DNA of 64,000 nucleotides from Bacteroidales bacterium UBA6377. GTDB lineage: Bacteria; Bacteroidota; Bacteroidia; Bacteroidales; UBA932. Positions 1 through 8,815 of this stretch are shown in pieces (the stretch's first letter is position 1; each line of letters begins with the position of its first letter). The stretch spans positions 941 through 64,940 of the forward strand of contig DJQV01000019.1 in assembly GCA_002438805.1 (NCBI GenBank), in the 5' to 3' direction. The position numbers and the translations under genes are program-made. The notes under the pieces were generated by a model. The model was not told where the DNA came from. It did no database searches and saw only the letters and a program-made list of their open reading frames with translations.

Positions 1-1
1 T

Positions 2-94
2 ACCATAAAAAAGGAAATTCCTCTTCTTGAAGAAACAGCAAAGAAAATCATGGAGGATCTTGAAGCCGGAAAGCTGGACGAATACATTAAGTAA
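2..94 (+). CDS. 3' end of a CDS entering from outside the window (…TIKKEIPLLEETAKKIMEDLEAGKLDEYIK*), possibly a DUF86/HepT-like C-terminus
   Basis: Open frame from base 2 to TAA at 92-94. The family guess rests only on the 'I..EIP.L' helix pattern. Confidence 0.35.
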   Translation, partial: TIKKEIPLLEETAKKIMEDLEAGKLDEYIK

Positions 95-140
95 TCGGCA
101 AAAGACAAGTGATACCTGAAGCAACGAGACTCTAAGCAGC

Positions 141-779
141 ATGGAAAAATCGGCCACACAAGTCACCCCGGCACTACGAAAGTATGTGGAGGAGCAGATC
201 ATACCGATGTACGACACGTTCGACCGGGCGCACAGGCGGGAGCATGTGCAATATGTAATAGATGAGGCGCTCCGCCTCGCGGAGCATTATCCGGTCAAGG
301 CGGACGTGGTCTACACGGCAGCAGCCTACCACGACACGGGGCTCGGGACGGGCCGAAAAACCCACCATCTTGTATCCGGGGCCATCATCCGGGGAGACCG
401 AAACCTGCTCCAGTGGCTGACACCCGAAGAAATCGAACTCGCAGCACAGGCGGCAGAAGACCATCGTGCCTCATCCGACCACGAGCCGAGATCCATCTAC
501 GGCAAACTCATCGCCGAAGCCGACAGGCAGATAGACCCGATGACCGTGATACGCCGCACAATCCAGTACGGACTCAAGAACTACCCCGAACTCGACCGCG
601 AGGGACACTGGAGCCGCATGATGGAGCACCTTCAGGAGAAGTACGGAGAAAAAGGCTACCTCAAACTCTGGATACCGGAGTCGGACAACGCTGCAAGGCT
701 ACAGAAACTGAGAACCCTCATCCAAGACGAATCCGGGATGAGGGCTGTATTCAATGATATTTTCGATTCTGAAGAGTAG
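141..779 (+). CDS. HD-domain metal-dependent phosphohydrolase
   Basis: H..H (AHRREH), YHDTG and distal EADR motifs. Confidence 0.85.
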   Translation: MEKSATQVTPALRKYVEEQIIPMYDTFDRAHRREHVQYVIDEALRLAEHYPVKADVVYTAAAYHDTGLGTGRKTHHLVSGAIIRGDRNLLQWLTPEEIELAAQAAEDHRASSDHEPRSIYGKLIAEADRQIDPMTVIRRTIQYGLKNYPELDREGHWSRMMEHLQEKYGEKGYLKLWIPESDNAARLQKLRTLIQDESGMRAVFNDIFDSEE

Positions 780-781
780 GG

Positions 782-3313
782 TCACTCCCCCGCAAGGAGA
801 TTCTTGAACGAGGAGCCGAAGATCAGGAAATCCGTGTTGCCGGCTATCGTGCCTTCGTTCTGCCCCCAGAGGAACGGCCAGTCGTCGTAGTTCTCGAAGT
901 GGTCGGGGTTTCTGAAGAGCAGACCAGGAGCTACATTGCCCGGAATGAACGAGAAGTCTGCCCTGTTGTTGCCGTAGAACACGGCCTTCGGTCTGGTGGC
1001 ACCCACCACGGCTGCAAGAGAATAGTTGTGGTACGGATGGCAGCCGAAAATGTAGTTGCTCACCTTATATACGTTGTCCGCCGATATGATCTCCGGGAAG
1101 TGGGTGGAGGCCAGGCACAGGGTGGTCCCGAAATTGACAACTGCACCGCTCCCAGCCCAGTTGGCCCTGCCTATCGGCACGCCGTAAGGGTTGTCCTGCT
1201 CCAGTCCGGACACGTACTCGGCATATTTCTCCACGTACGGGCGTAGCTTCTCTTTGTAGGCAGCATCCATGTACGGCACTGCTTCGAGGGCGGTGCTGAT
1301 ACCGAAGTTGACGAAACGGTCAAGCATCGGCCAGATGGCCTCATCGAACCTGTCAAGATATGCTTTCTCCCCTGTGGCCACGTATAGCTGGAGGTTGGAT
1401 GCGGCGTCGCCACCAGGTCTGCCCCCACGGGTCTGAGGGGCCTTGGCAAGCAGGACTGCGGCTTCTTGTTGGAGTCTTCTGGACTGCCTGAGAGCGCGTG
1501 CTGAGAGAGTATCGTTGTAGCCTTTGAGCGCACGGCTGGCGGCGGCGAACATGGTCGAAGCCCTCATGTCAAGCGACGGGTCGCGGCTGGTGAAAGCCCA
1601 CATGTCATCCGGGGTGCCGCTGCGGCGGCCGTCAGAGGAGATCTCGTACGGCTTGAGGCGCGGGTCATAGTGGCGGCCGTCGGTAAGGGAGGCGGCATCG
1701 CCGAGATGGTGGTAGTTGTCTAGCACCGAGTTGGAAAGGGCCTGGGACATGTGGCCGATGTTCTCGGCCTGGGCGAGCAGGTTGAGCACGCCGTGCTCGA
1801 TGTACTGGAGGATGTCAGGCACCCCGTCCGGGCGGTGCAAGTCCACGTAGCGCTGGCTCTCGCTGACGAATGTCATGTCACGCATAGGACGGAAGCGCTC
1901 CCAGATGGAGACGAGGTTCTGGACCACGGAGATGTTGGAAGAAGTCTCGATATCGAAGTCCCCGGCATCGAAGAAGCCTCCGACATTGAGGCCAGGGATG
2001 AGTTCAAGGGCTTCATACTTGGTATCCGTAGTCGGCCCCTGCCAGTGGAGGTCGAAGTGATCCGTACTTGGCGGCGCCTGGAGATAGCCTTCCTTGAATG
2101 GTTCGCCGTGCCACATGCGGTAAGCTTCGTTGACGGCGACATGGTTCATGTGGATAGGGATCCAGACATCGCTCGTCGCATCTGTGATCTTGTCATAGAC
2201 ATCGTCCCCGATTATGAAGTTGACGGTGCGGGCATCGCCATATTTTATATAGTATATGCCGGGCTCCCGGACCGGGGAGAAGTCAAACTTGAGGTAGTTA
2301 TACTTGAAGTACGGGCCCCACATCGATGTCTTTCCGGTGAAGACATTACTCTCTGTGCCATCGGGGTTTACCCTGTATATGGAGGCTGTCCGCAGAGGCT
2401 TGTCGGCCTTGTCCAGCTCTATTACTGACACTTTCGGCTGCTCAGGCACATATCCCACCTGGGAAAGGCCGATGTTCGGTTCACGCACCCAGCCACGTAC
2501 GGCGTTGGGCTCCACGGTCCAGCTAAGCACCTTGCCCGTCTTGCCTTCAGGAAGGACGCTCCGGAGCACGTACCAGCCATTCTGGGCAAGCATGCGACCG
2601 TCATAGAGTTTCAGTTCTGCCCCATCGGAAGTGATCTTGACCATCCTCTCGGGATCGTCCGGAGCGAGGGTCATGCTGTGTCCCTCCGACATCGGCAGAG
2701 GATCAACAAAGCGTCCGGTGCCGCGGTCATCGTAGGTCTTGTAGCCCTTGAACTGTTTGATCTTCTCGCTGTTGGGGCGGGTGACCGTCTCGCTCACCGC
2801 GTAGCGCGGGAAACGCTTGGCCTGACCGTCCACGAGGTAGGCCTTGTTCCAGTACTGCGACGGCAGGAACTCGAGATTGAACCCGGCCTCCCCCGCAATC
2901 GTTTCAGGTACAGGCTTGTCCAGATACACCTCGATCTTGAAGGCCTCCCCTTCCGGGGTCACCACAAGCCGTGAGTCGAAGTCGTAGTCGGGATAGCGCA
3001 GCCCCACCTCTATTGTGCCCTTGTCGGGGTCAACGTTGCGGAAAGTGGTCTCGGGCACCAGGTCCCACTGCTCGGGGGTGTTGGACAGCCTCACGGCACC
3101 GCCCTGCACGGTACGGACTCCGTGATGAATAATCTCTATGCCGGAATTCTTCTCATCGTTGAAACCTCCGGTGAAGAGGTTGCTGTAGACGAGGACATTG
3201 ACCCCGGGACGTTCGTAGTATTCGAGGTCATTGAGCTTCAGCGGCTGCTCGCCGCCACTGCAGCCGGCAGCAAGCAAAGCCAAAGCCGGCAGCAAGTATG
3301 GAATGCGTCTCAT
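782..3313 (-). CDS. Glycoside hydrolase family 9 lipoprotein (endoglucanase/xyloglucanase-like, with Ig-like domain)
   Basis: Lipobox LAAGC, SQVGY Ig-domain motif, GGFFDAGD catalytic motif, C-terminal NEGTIAGN. Start moved to MRRIPY (3313), downstream of a TAAATTTG box. Confidence 0.85.
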   Translation of the reverse strand: MRRIPYLLPALALLAAGCSGGEQPLKLNDLEYYERPGVNVLVYSNLFTGGFNDEKNSGIEIIHHGVRTVQGGAVRLSNTPEQWDLVPETTFRNVDPDKGTIEVGLRYPDYDFDSRLVVTPEGEAFKIEVYLDKPVPETIAGEAGFNLEFLPSQYWNKAYLVDGQAKRFPRYAVSETVTRPNSEKIKQFKGYKTYDDRGTGRFVDPLPMSEGHSMTLAPDDPERMVKITSDGAELKLYDGRMLAQNGWYVLRSVLPEGKTGKVLSWTVEPNAVRGWVREPNIGLSQVGYVPEQPKVSVIELDKADKPLRTASIYRVNPDGTESNVFTGKTSMWGPYFKYNYLKFDFSPVREPGIYYIKYGDARTVNFIIGDDVYDKITDATSDVWIPIHMNHVAVNEAYRMWHGEPFKEGYLQAPPSTDHFDLHWQGPTTDTKYEALELIPGLNVGGFFDAGDFDIETSSNISVVQNLVSIWERFRPMRDMTFVSESQRYVDLHRPDGVPDILQYIEHGVLNLLAQAENIGHMSQALSNSVLDNYHHLGDAASLTDGRHYDPRLKPYEISSDGRRSGTPDDMWAFTSRDPSLDMRASTMFAAASRALKGYNDTLSARALRQSRRLQQEAAVLLAKAPQTRGGRPGGDAASNLQLYVATGEKAYLDRFDEAIWPMLDRFVNFGISTALEAVPYMDAAYKEKLRPYVEKYAEYVSGLEQDNPYGVPIGRANWAGSGAVVNFGTTLCLASTHFPEIISADNVYKVSNYIFGCHPYHNYSLAAVVGATRPKAVFYGNNRADFSFIPGNVAPGLLFRNPDHFENYDDWPFLWGQNEGTIAGNTDFLIFGSSFKNLLAGE

Positions 3314-3334
3314 AAATGTGGTTTTTCGTTTGTA

Positions 3335-3342
3335 CAAATTTA
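3335..3342 (-). promoter_or_regulatory. Bacteroidetes sigma-A -7 box for GH9
   Basis: TAAATTTG on the minus strand, about 20 bp upstream of the ATG. Confidence 0.55.
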
Positions 3343-3490
3343 TACATACTCGCCGCTGCAGTCAATGCCTGAGGCGGCCAGGAGGGCTGTTTTGTATCTT
3401 GAGCAAGAAAAGATGTAACGCCAGGAATCTGATTATTAAAAATTTTTATAACTTTTTTGCATCTCCCCTTGTACAATGGGAATATGTTAC

Positions 3491-3498
3491 TATATTTG
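3491..3498 (+). promoter_or_regulatory. Bacteroidetes -7 box for the MFS gene
   Basis: TATATTTG matches TAnnTTTG. Confidence 0.55.
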
Positions 3499-3557
3499 CA
3501 TCCGTCTTCCGGTCTGCTCCGGAGACAGACAGTTAGTTAGTAGTATATATATAATTT

Positions 3558-4733
3558 ATGACGGAGCAGAAAATGACTGCCAGGCACTGGATGGCCCTTA
3601 TCGGGCTGGCTTGTGCCGCTTTTATTTTTAACACCTCTGAATTTGTGCCGATCGGACTCTTGAGCGACATAGGAGCCGATTTCGGTCGCAGTGAAGCCCA
3701 GACGGGCATGCTCATCTCCGTGTATGCATGGATGGTTATGCTTCTTTCCCTCCCCTTGACAATGGTGTTCTCCCGGTCCGAGATGCGCAAACTGCTGCTC
3801 GGTGTGATCGGATGTTTCACCCTGTTCCAGGGCCTGTCTTTCCTCTCGTCTTCCTACTGGATGCTGATGCTCTCCCGTATCGGGGTGGCAAGCACACATG
3901 CGATATTCTGGTCCATCATACCTTCCATCGCGGTACGCTCTGTACCGCCGTCTCACAAGTCCCTGGCACTCAGCATTGTAGTCACGGGTACTTCTATAGC
4001 CGTGATAATGGGGATGCCGCTCGGGCGGGCAATCGGCCTGATGGTGGGATGGCGGATGACGTTCCTTTGCGTGGGTATATTCGCCCTGCTGACCCTGGTG
4101 CTGGTGGCCCTGACTCTCCCCGGGATTCCTGCGGGAAAAGGGGTCAACTTGAAGGGGCTGCCTATGATGCTACACAAAAAGGTGCTCATAGGGATCTATG
4201 TCTTCACCCTGCTGTTCGCGACCGGCTACTATACGGCCTACAGTTACATCGAGCCGTTCCTCGGGCAGATAGGAGGGATGTCGGAGGGCATGATCACCGG
4301 GACGCTGATGGTGTTCGGAATCGCCGGACTGGTGAGCAGTTTCGCCTTTTCCAAGTTCTATGTCTCCTGGCGCTTCCGCTTCGTGACTCTGGCGATGTGC
4401 GGATTGACCCTCGCCCTGCTCCTCATGAGGCCGTTGGCTTTCAGCCACGTCCTGAGCATCGCGATATGCGCCGTGTGGGGGATTTCGGTGACGGCCTACA
4501 ATCTGGCTATGCAGTCGGAGGTTATTTCAGCCGCGTCGGAGGATGAGTCGGCCGTGGCGATGTCCATCTACTCTGGAATCTTCAACCTCGGAATAGGCTG
4601 CGGCGCACTGATCGGAGGCGCAGTCTGCACTCATCTCTCCATTTCCTGGATCGGTGTCGTGGGGGCAGTGCTCACCATTGCCGGGCTGCTCTACTGGCTT
4701 GTGCGCCTGCGCCCGTTGATGGCGGGAAAGTAG
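3558..4733 (+). CDS. MFS transporter, SotB/YdeA-like sugar efflux
   Basis: About 12 hydrophobic segments, FIFNTSEFVPIGLL N-terminal motif, FNLGIGCGALIGG. Confidence 0.85.
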   Translation: MTEQKMTARHWMALIGLACAAFIFNTSEFVPIGLLSDIGADFGRSEAQTGMLISVYAWMVMLLSLPLTMVFSRSEMRKLLLGVIGCFTLFQGLSFLSSSYWMLMLSRIGVASTHAIFWSIIPSIAVRSVPPSHKSLALSIVVTGTSIAVIMGMPLGRAIGLMVGWRMTFLCVGIFALLTLVLVALTLPGIPAGKGVNLKGLPMMLHKKVLIGIYVFTLLFATGYYTAYSYIEPFLGQIGGMSEGMITGTLMVFGIAGLVSSFAFSKFYVSWRFRFVTLAMCGLTLALLLMRPLAFSHVLSIAICAVWGISVTAYNLAMQSEVISAASEDESAVAMSIYSGIFNLGIGCGALIGGAVCTHLSISWIGVVGAVLTIAGLLYWLVRLRPLMAGK

Positions 4734-4800
4734 CCGTCCCGATCTAGCTTGGCTTGGGCCCCTTTCTGGTCTTTTGGGCATATCGGGTTCCGGAACGGAG

Positions 4801-5694
4801 CTACTGTGAATCGTCCTCCGGTTCAAGGTGCAGGGATATCTGGGTGGAGGCGCCGAACTTGTCGCGAAGTGCCCGTTCTACACGCTTGGAGATGGTGTGG
4901 GCCTGCTCCAGCGAGATGTCAGAGTGTAGGACAAGGTGTCCTTCCATCACAATGCCGGGACCTTCCCGTCTGGTCTTCAGTTCGTGCAGGTCAACCACGC
5001 CCGGGACACTTTTCGCGGTCCGCACGATCTGGGCTTCCATCTCATCAGGAAGGGAGACGTCAAGCAGTTCCTTTACTGCCGGTATCGACATCCTCACTGC
5101 CATCACGATGATGAAGATGCTGATGATGCAGCCTGCCAGAGGATCGAGTATGACGAACTTGTCACCGAGGAGGATGGCTCCGCCGATGCCGAGAAGGGAG
5201 CCGACCGACGAGAGGGCGTCGGACCGGTGGTGCCAGGCGTTGGCGACCATCATCGGACTGTCGAGCTTACGGCCCTGCGCTGCCGTGTAGCGGTAGAGGA
5301 TTTCTTTGGAGACGATTGAAAGCAGGGCTGCCCACAAGGCGATCATCCCCGGGGCTTCAACGGCTTTGCCGCCAAGTATGTTCTTGATGCTTTCTATGCC
5401 GGAGGACATCAGGTTGGCCCCGACCACAAGGAGCATTAGACTGATTATCAGCGTGGCGAACGTCTCGAACTTGCCGTGGCCGTAGTCATGATCCTTGTCG
5501 CGGCCCTTGCCGGAGATGCGGACGAAGACCAGCACAACGATGTCGCTCAGAAGGTCAGAAAGGGAGTGCACACCATCGGCGATCATCGCGGCGGAATGTC
5601 CGGCTATACCGGCGACTATCTTGAATATGGTCAGCACCGCATTGACCACGGAGCCGACGAGAGTCACAAAAGTGATTTTGGACGTTCTGGACAT
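4801..5694 (-). CDS. Cation diffusion facilitator (FieF-like metal efflux)
   Basis: ADGVHSLSD, HDYGHGKFE and WHHRSDALSS motifs, C-terminal HLEP. True start MSRTSK at 5694. Confidence 0.9.
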   Translation of the reverse strand: MSRTSKITFVTLVGSVVNAVLTIFKIVAGIAGHSAAMIADGVHSLSDLLSDIVVLVFVRISGKGRDKDHDYGHGKFETFATLIISLMLLVVGANLMSSGIESIKNILGGKAVEAPGMIALWAALLSIVSKEILYRYTAAQGRKLDSPMMVANAWHHRSDALSSVGSLLGIGGAILLGDKFVILDPLAGCIISIFIIVMAVRMSIPAVKELLDVSLPDEMEAQIVRTAKSVPGVVDLHELKTRREGPGIVMEGHLVLHSDISLEQAHTISKRVERALRDKFGASTQISLHLEPEDDSQ

Positions 5695-5777
5695 ATCTTG
5701 CGAAGTTAGCAATATCTGCCGGATTCCGCAAAAACTCCAAGACGATTGTCCGCTCGGCCTGTGCCAATGATGCCCCT

Positions 5778-5957
5778 CCAGCCTTCTCCGGCTATGTTCG
5801 CCCTGCCAGGTTCCCCTGCTAGGTTCTCCGGCCCATCTTCCACGGCCAGGTTTCCCGCCCAGGTTACCCGGCCCAAGGTTCCCTGCCCACCAGGTTCTCT
5901 CGCCAGATTCCCCTGCCAAGCCACCTCGCCCAGGTTCACCCATCCCATGGCCCCTCG
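5778..5957. repeat. Degenerate tandem repeat, about 12-13 units of 13-14 bp (consensus ~CCAGGTTCYCCKG)
   Basis: Units such as ccaggttcccctg, ctaggttctccggc, ccaggtttcccgc, ccaggttacccggc, ccaggttctctcg, ccagattcccctg. Confidence 0.75.
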
Positions 5958-6181
5958 ACATTTTCGTGATTGAACAATGGTAATCGTCTTCGACGCGATG
6001 CAGGAGTTCCGCATCCGATTTGATACAAATATGGACAACTTTGTCTCTCATAGTTATAAGTTTTGCCATCCGGCACTGCAAAAATCATCCCATAGACGAA
6101 GCTTGTTGTCCAAGTTATAGCACATCTCCCGAAAAATGCTCTAACCTATCTGAAAAATCACCCCTATACGGCACCTGCGGC

Positions 6182-6223
6182 TCCGGGTTATAGCATATTG
6201 TGCGCAATATGCTATAACCCGGA
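6182..6223. repeat. Perfect 19-bp inverted repeat with a 4-nt loop
   Basis: tccgggttatagcatattg-tgcg-caatatgctataacccgga. Confidence 0.9.
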
Positions 6224-6266
6224 CAGCGCGCGAGAAGGTCTCACCCGGACAGCGCGAGAAGGCCTC
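6217..6266. repeat. Tandem direct repeat (26 + 24 bp)
   Basis: acccggacagcgcgcgagaaggtctc followed by acccggacagcgcgagaaggcctc. Confidence 0.8.
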
Positions 6267-6353
6267 GGATCCGTTGTCACGAAAGTTCAGTCAACATGGT
6301 CAGCATGACGAAAAAAGTATTATTTTTGCGGCAATACGTAAAACGTTATTGAA

Positions 6354-7235
6354 ATGAAAACTATCATCAAGGCGGCGTTGCTGGCGCTTTCTCTCCTTGT
6401 GGCCCTGCCGTCCTACGCACAACAGGGAGACAGGACCATAAAGCGCAAGGTAGCCATAGGCCGTTTCACCAACGAGACCCAGTATGCCAAAGGGCTGTTC
6501 TATGACAAGGAAAACGATCCGATGCGGAAACAGGCACTGGACATCCTTTCGGCCAAATTGGCAGCCAGCGGCAAATTCATTCTGCTTGAGAGAGAGGATC
6601 TCGATGTGCTTGCAGCCGAAGCGGGGAAAAACATGAACAAGATCGGCGCGGACTACATAATACTCGGCTCCATCACTGAGTACGGGCGCAAAAACGAGGG
6701 CCAGCAGAAACTCTTCTCATCCACCAAGACACAGACAGTGGAGGCCGGAGTGAGCATACGTCTGGTCGAGGCCTCCACCGGACTCATCATCTATTCCGAC
6801 GAGGCAAAGGGCTATGCCGAGACATCTTCCACCACGACGCTGGGTCTGGGAGGCACGGCAGGCTATGATGCGACCCTCAGTGACAAGGCTATCTCCGCCG
6901 CTCTCTCTCAGTTGGTTGAGAACATTATCAACAAGTGCATGGACCAGCCGTGGCGGTCATACATACTGGCTGTACAGGACGGCTCTTTTGTGATTTCCGG
7001 CGGAGCCTCGCAGGGCCTTGCCGTCGGGGACAGTTTCAACGTCTATCGTAAGGGCAAGGTGGTGAAGAACCCTCAGACGGGAGTGGACATCGAACTCCCG
7101 GGGACTCTTACAGGCAAGGTGACCGTGGTCTCGATGACCGGCAATACGCCAGAGACCGAGATTTCTTTCTGCTCCTATGAGGGCGAACCCGTCAAAGAAG
7201 ATCAACTGACTGATTATTATATTCTTGACAAATGA
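6354..7235 (+). CDS. CsgG/HfaB family protein with a C-terminal FlgT-like extension
   Basis: Signal peptide; KVAIGRFTNET, FILLERE and GADYIILGSITEYGRK motifs. Confidence 0.8.
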   Translation: MKTIIKAALLALSLLVALPSYAQQGDRTIKRKVAIGRFTNETQYAKGLFYDKENDPMRKQALDILSAKLAASGKFILLEREDLDVLAAEAGKNMNKIGADYIILGSITEYGRKNEGQQKLFSSTKTQTVEAGVSIRLVEASTGLIIYSDEAKGYAETSSTTTLGLGGTAGYDATLSDKAISAALSQLVENIINKCMDQPWRSYILAVQDGSFVISGGASQGLAVGDSFNVYRKGKVVKNPQTGVDIELPGTLTGKVTVVSMTGNTPETEISFCSYEGEPVKEDQLTDYYILDK

Positions 7236-7570
7236 GAAAACTTGTAATTCTTCTGCTTTCCGCAGTACTTTTCGCGGGATGCGGAGTCGGGGTCTATACG
7301 CTTTCCAGCGGCAAGGCTGATGAGACCTGCCTGTCGTTCACTGATTCCCTAGGTGCTCCGCTCACAGTAAGAGTCGATGGTGACGATTACCGTCTATACG
7401 CTGTCAAGGAATCTTCATGGCGCAGAGACAGGGACATCAAGGCTACGGCGGAGAATACGCTCTATCTTGTTCCCGGCACCCATAATATAGAGGTTTACAG
7501 CGGATCTGTCCGTGTCTACAGCAAGACCATATTCATTTCCGCTGGGGAGCATAAGGTCGTCTGCCTATGA
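7232..7570 (+). CDS. Small lipoprotein of unknown function
   Basis: Lipobox FAGC; ATGA overlaps with both neighbours. Confidence 0.7.
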   Translation: MRKLVILLLSAVLFAGCGVGVYTLSSGKADETCLSFTDSLGAPLTVRVDGDDYRLYAVKESSWRRDRDIKATAENTLYLVPGTHNIEVYSGSVRVYSKTIFISAGEHKVVCL

Positions 7571-8010
7571 GACCGGCGCTTGTGCTTCTGGCATCCGCCC
7601 TGCTTCTGTCCTCATGCGGGACAACTGTTGGCTTGTATAACTGGGGCCCTTCAAGTGACGGAGCGAGCGGCTATGAGAGTGCCGCATACCGCAACTACAA
7701 GGAACGCACACCGGAAAGCATCTGCAATCTCATATATGTATATGAAATGATGGTGTCACGCCCGGACGGGACGCGGAAGATGCCCCCTCCGGGGATTTGC
7801 GCCGAGTATGGTTATCTTCTTCTCCAGCCGGATGTCGCCGACGTGTTCTACCACAACGCCAGCGACCGTCAGCGCCGCCTATTCGGCAATCTGACCGACT
7901 ACTCCGGACTGTTCCGCGAGCGTGGCGAGGAGATGCTGAGATTGGAAATGATCAATTATCCGGAGTCCGCCACATTTGTCGGCCCGTTGCTTAAACGTCT
8001 GGCCTTATGA
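7567..8010 (+). CDS. DUF4810 family lipoprotein
   Basis: LSSC lipobox, LYNWG, PPGICAEYGYLL, YPES. Confidence 0.8.
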   Translation: MRPALVLLASALLLSSCGTTVGLYNWGPSSDGASGYESAAYRNYKERTPESICNLIYVYEMMVSRPDGTRKMPPPGICAEYGYLLLQPDVADVFYHNASDRQRRLFGNLTDYSGLFRERGEEMLRLEMINYPESATFVGPLLKRLAL

Positions 8011-8717
8011 TAAGATTCGCTTCTTGCAGTTTGTTCGGGAGAGCCTTTGCTGTGCTTATGTCAGCCTTGATGCTCGTTTCATGCGGCATCTCCAACAAGG
8101 TCGCGCAGACGCGTGAGAGCCTGTATCCGGGGATGTACGAAGAGAAACCTCTCGTGCTGCTGGTGATGCCGCCAATCAACAACACTACCAACGTTGAGGC
8201 TAAGGATCTGCTGTACACCTCCATCAGCCGTCCTTTGGCTGATGCCGGCTATTACGTGGTCTCGCCTCTGCTTGCCCTCGATGTGCTTAAGGCGGAGAGT
8301 GCTTATGATGCAGAACTCTTTGAAAATGCCTCGCTCGAACCTTTCCGCAAATTCTTCGGGGCTGATGCCGTAGTGTTCTCCCAGATTGACTCCTGGGAGA
8401 AATCCGGATTGGGCATTTCCACAAAGATCAGATACTTCATACGCTCGGCGGCGACAGGGGAAGTGCTTTTTGACAGGACCTGCAATCTCTATCTGGATTG
8501 TTCCATAAACAGCGGCACCAATACCATCATCGGCATGCTTGTCGATCTTGCCGCTTCGGCCATTTTGACAGCTCTGACGGACCAGATTGAAGCGGCCAGG
8601 ATGGCAAATCGCTATATCTTCGAGGACTTGCCACGCGGCAAATACAGTTCCTCTTATCAGGCAGACCAGAATGTGGTGGCCAGCGACCCCAACATCTCAA
8701 CAACAGTGACGAGGTGA
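8007..8717 (+). CDS. DUF799/GNA1162 family lipoprotein
   Basis: LVSC lipobox, LLVMPPINNT, PLADAGYYV, FGADAV. Confidence 0.8.
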   Translation: MIRFASCSLFGRAFAVLMSALMLVSCGISNKVAQTRESLYPGMYEEKPLVLLVMPPINNTTNVEAKDLLYTSISRPLADAGYYVVSPLLALDVLKAESAYDAELFENASLEPFRKFFGADAVVFSQIDSWEKSGLGISTKIRYFIRSAATGEVLFDRTCNLYLDCSINSGTNTIIGMLVDLAASAILTALTDQIEAARMANRYIFEDLPRGKYSSSYQADQNVVASDPNISTTVTR

Positions 8718-8815
8718 TATTCTATGGACTTTCTCCCGGAGACTGCTCCCTTGCGTGAAAACAGACGCTGCAGCAGTTCACGGCGAGGATGAAGGAAAAT
8801 TGTTATTTTTGCGCC

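Noticed and set aside
5778..5957. Possible CRISPR array
   Set aside because: Units are 13-14 bp, degenerate and contiguous, with no unique spacers and no cas genes.
5695..6081. 128-aa N-terminal extension of the CDF ORF
   Set aside because: It merely translates the minisatellite (G/W/E/P-rich). A -7-like box sits just upstream of MSRTSK, and CDF homology starts there.
6354..7235. Curli secretion system
   Set aside because: No csgA/B/E/F; the neighbours are DUF4810 and DUF799.
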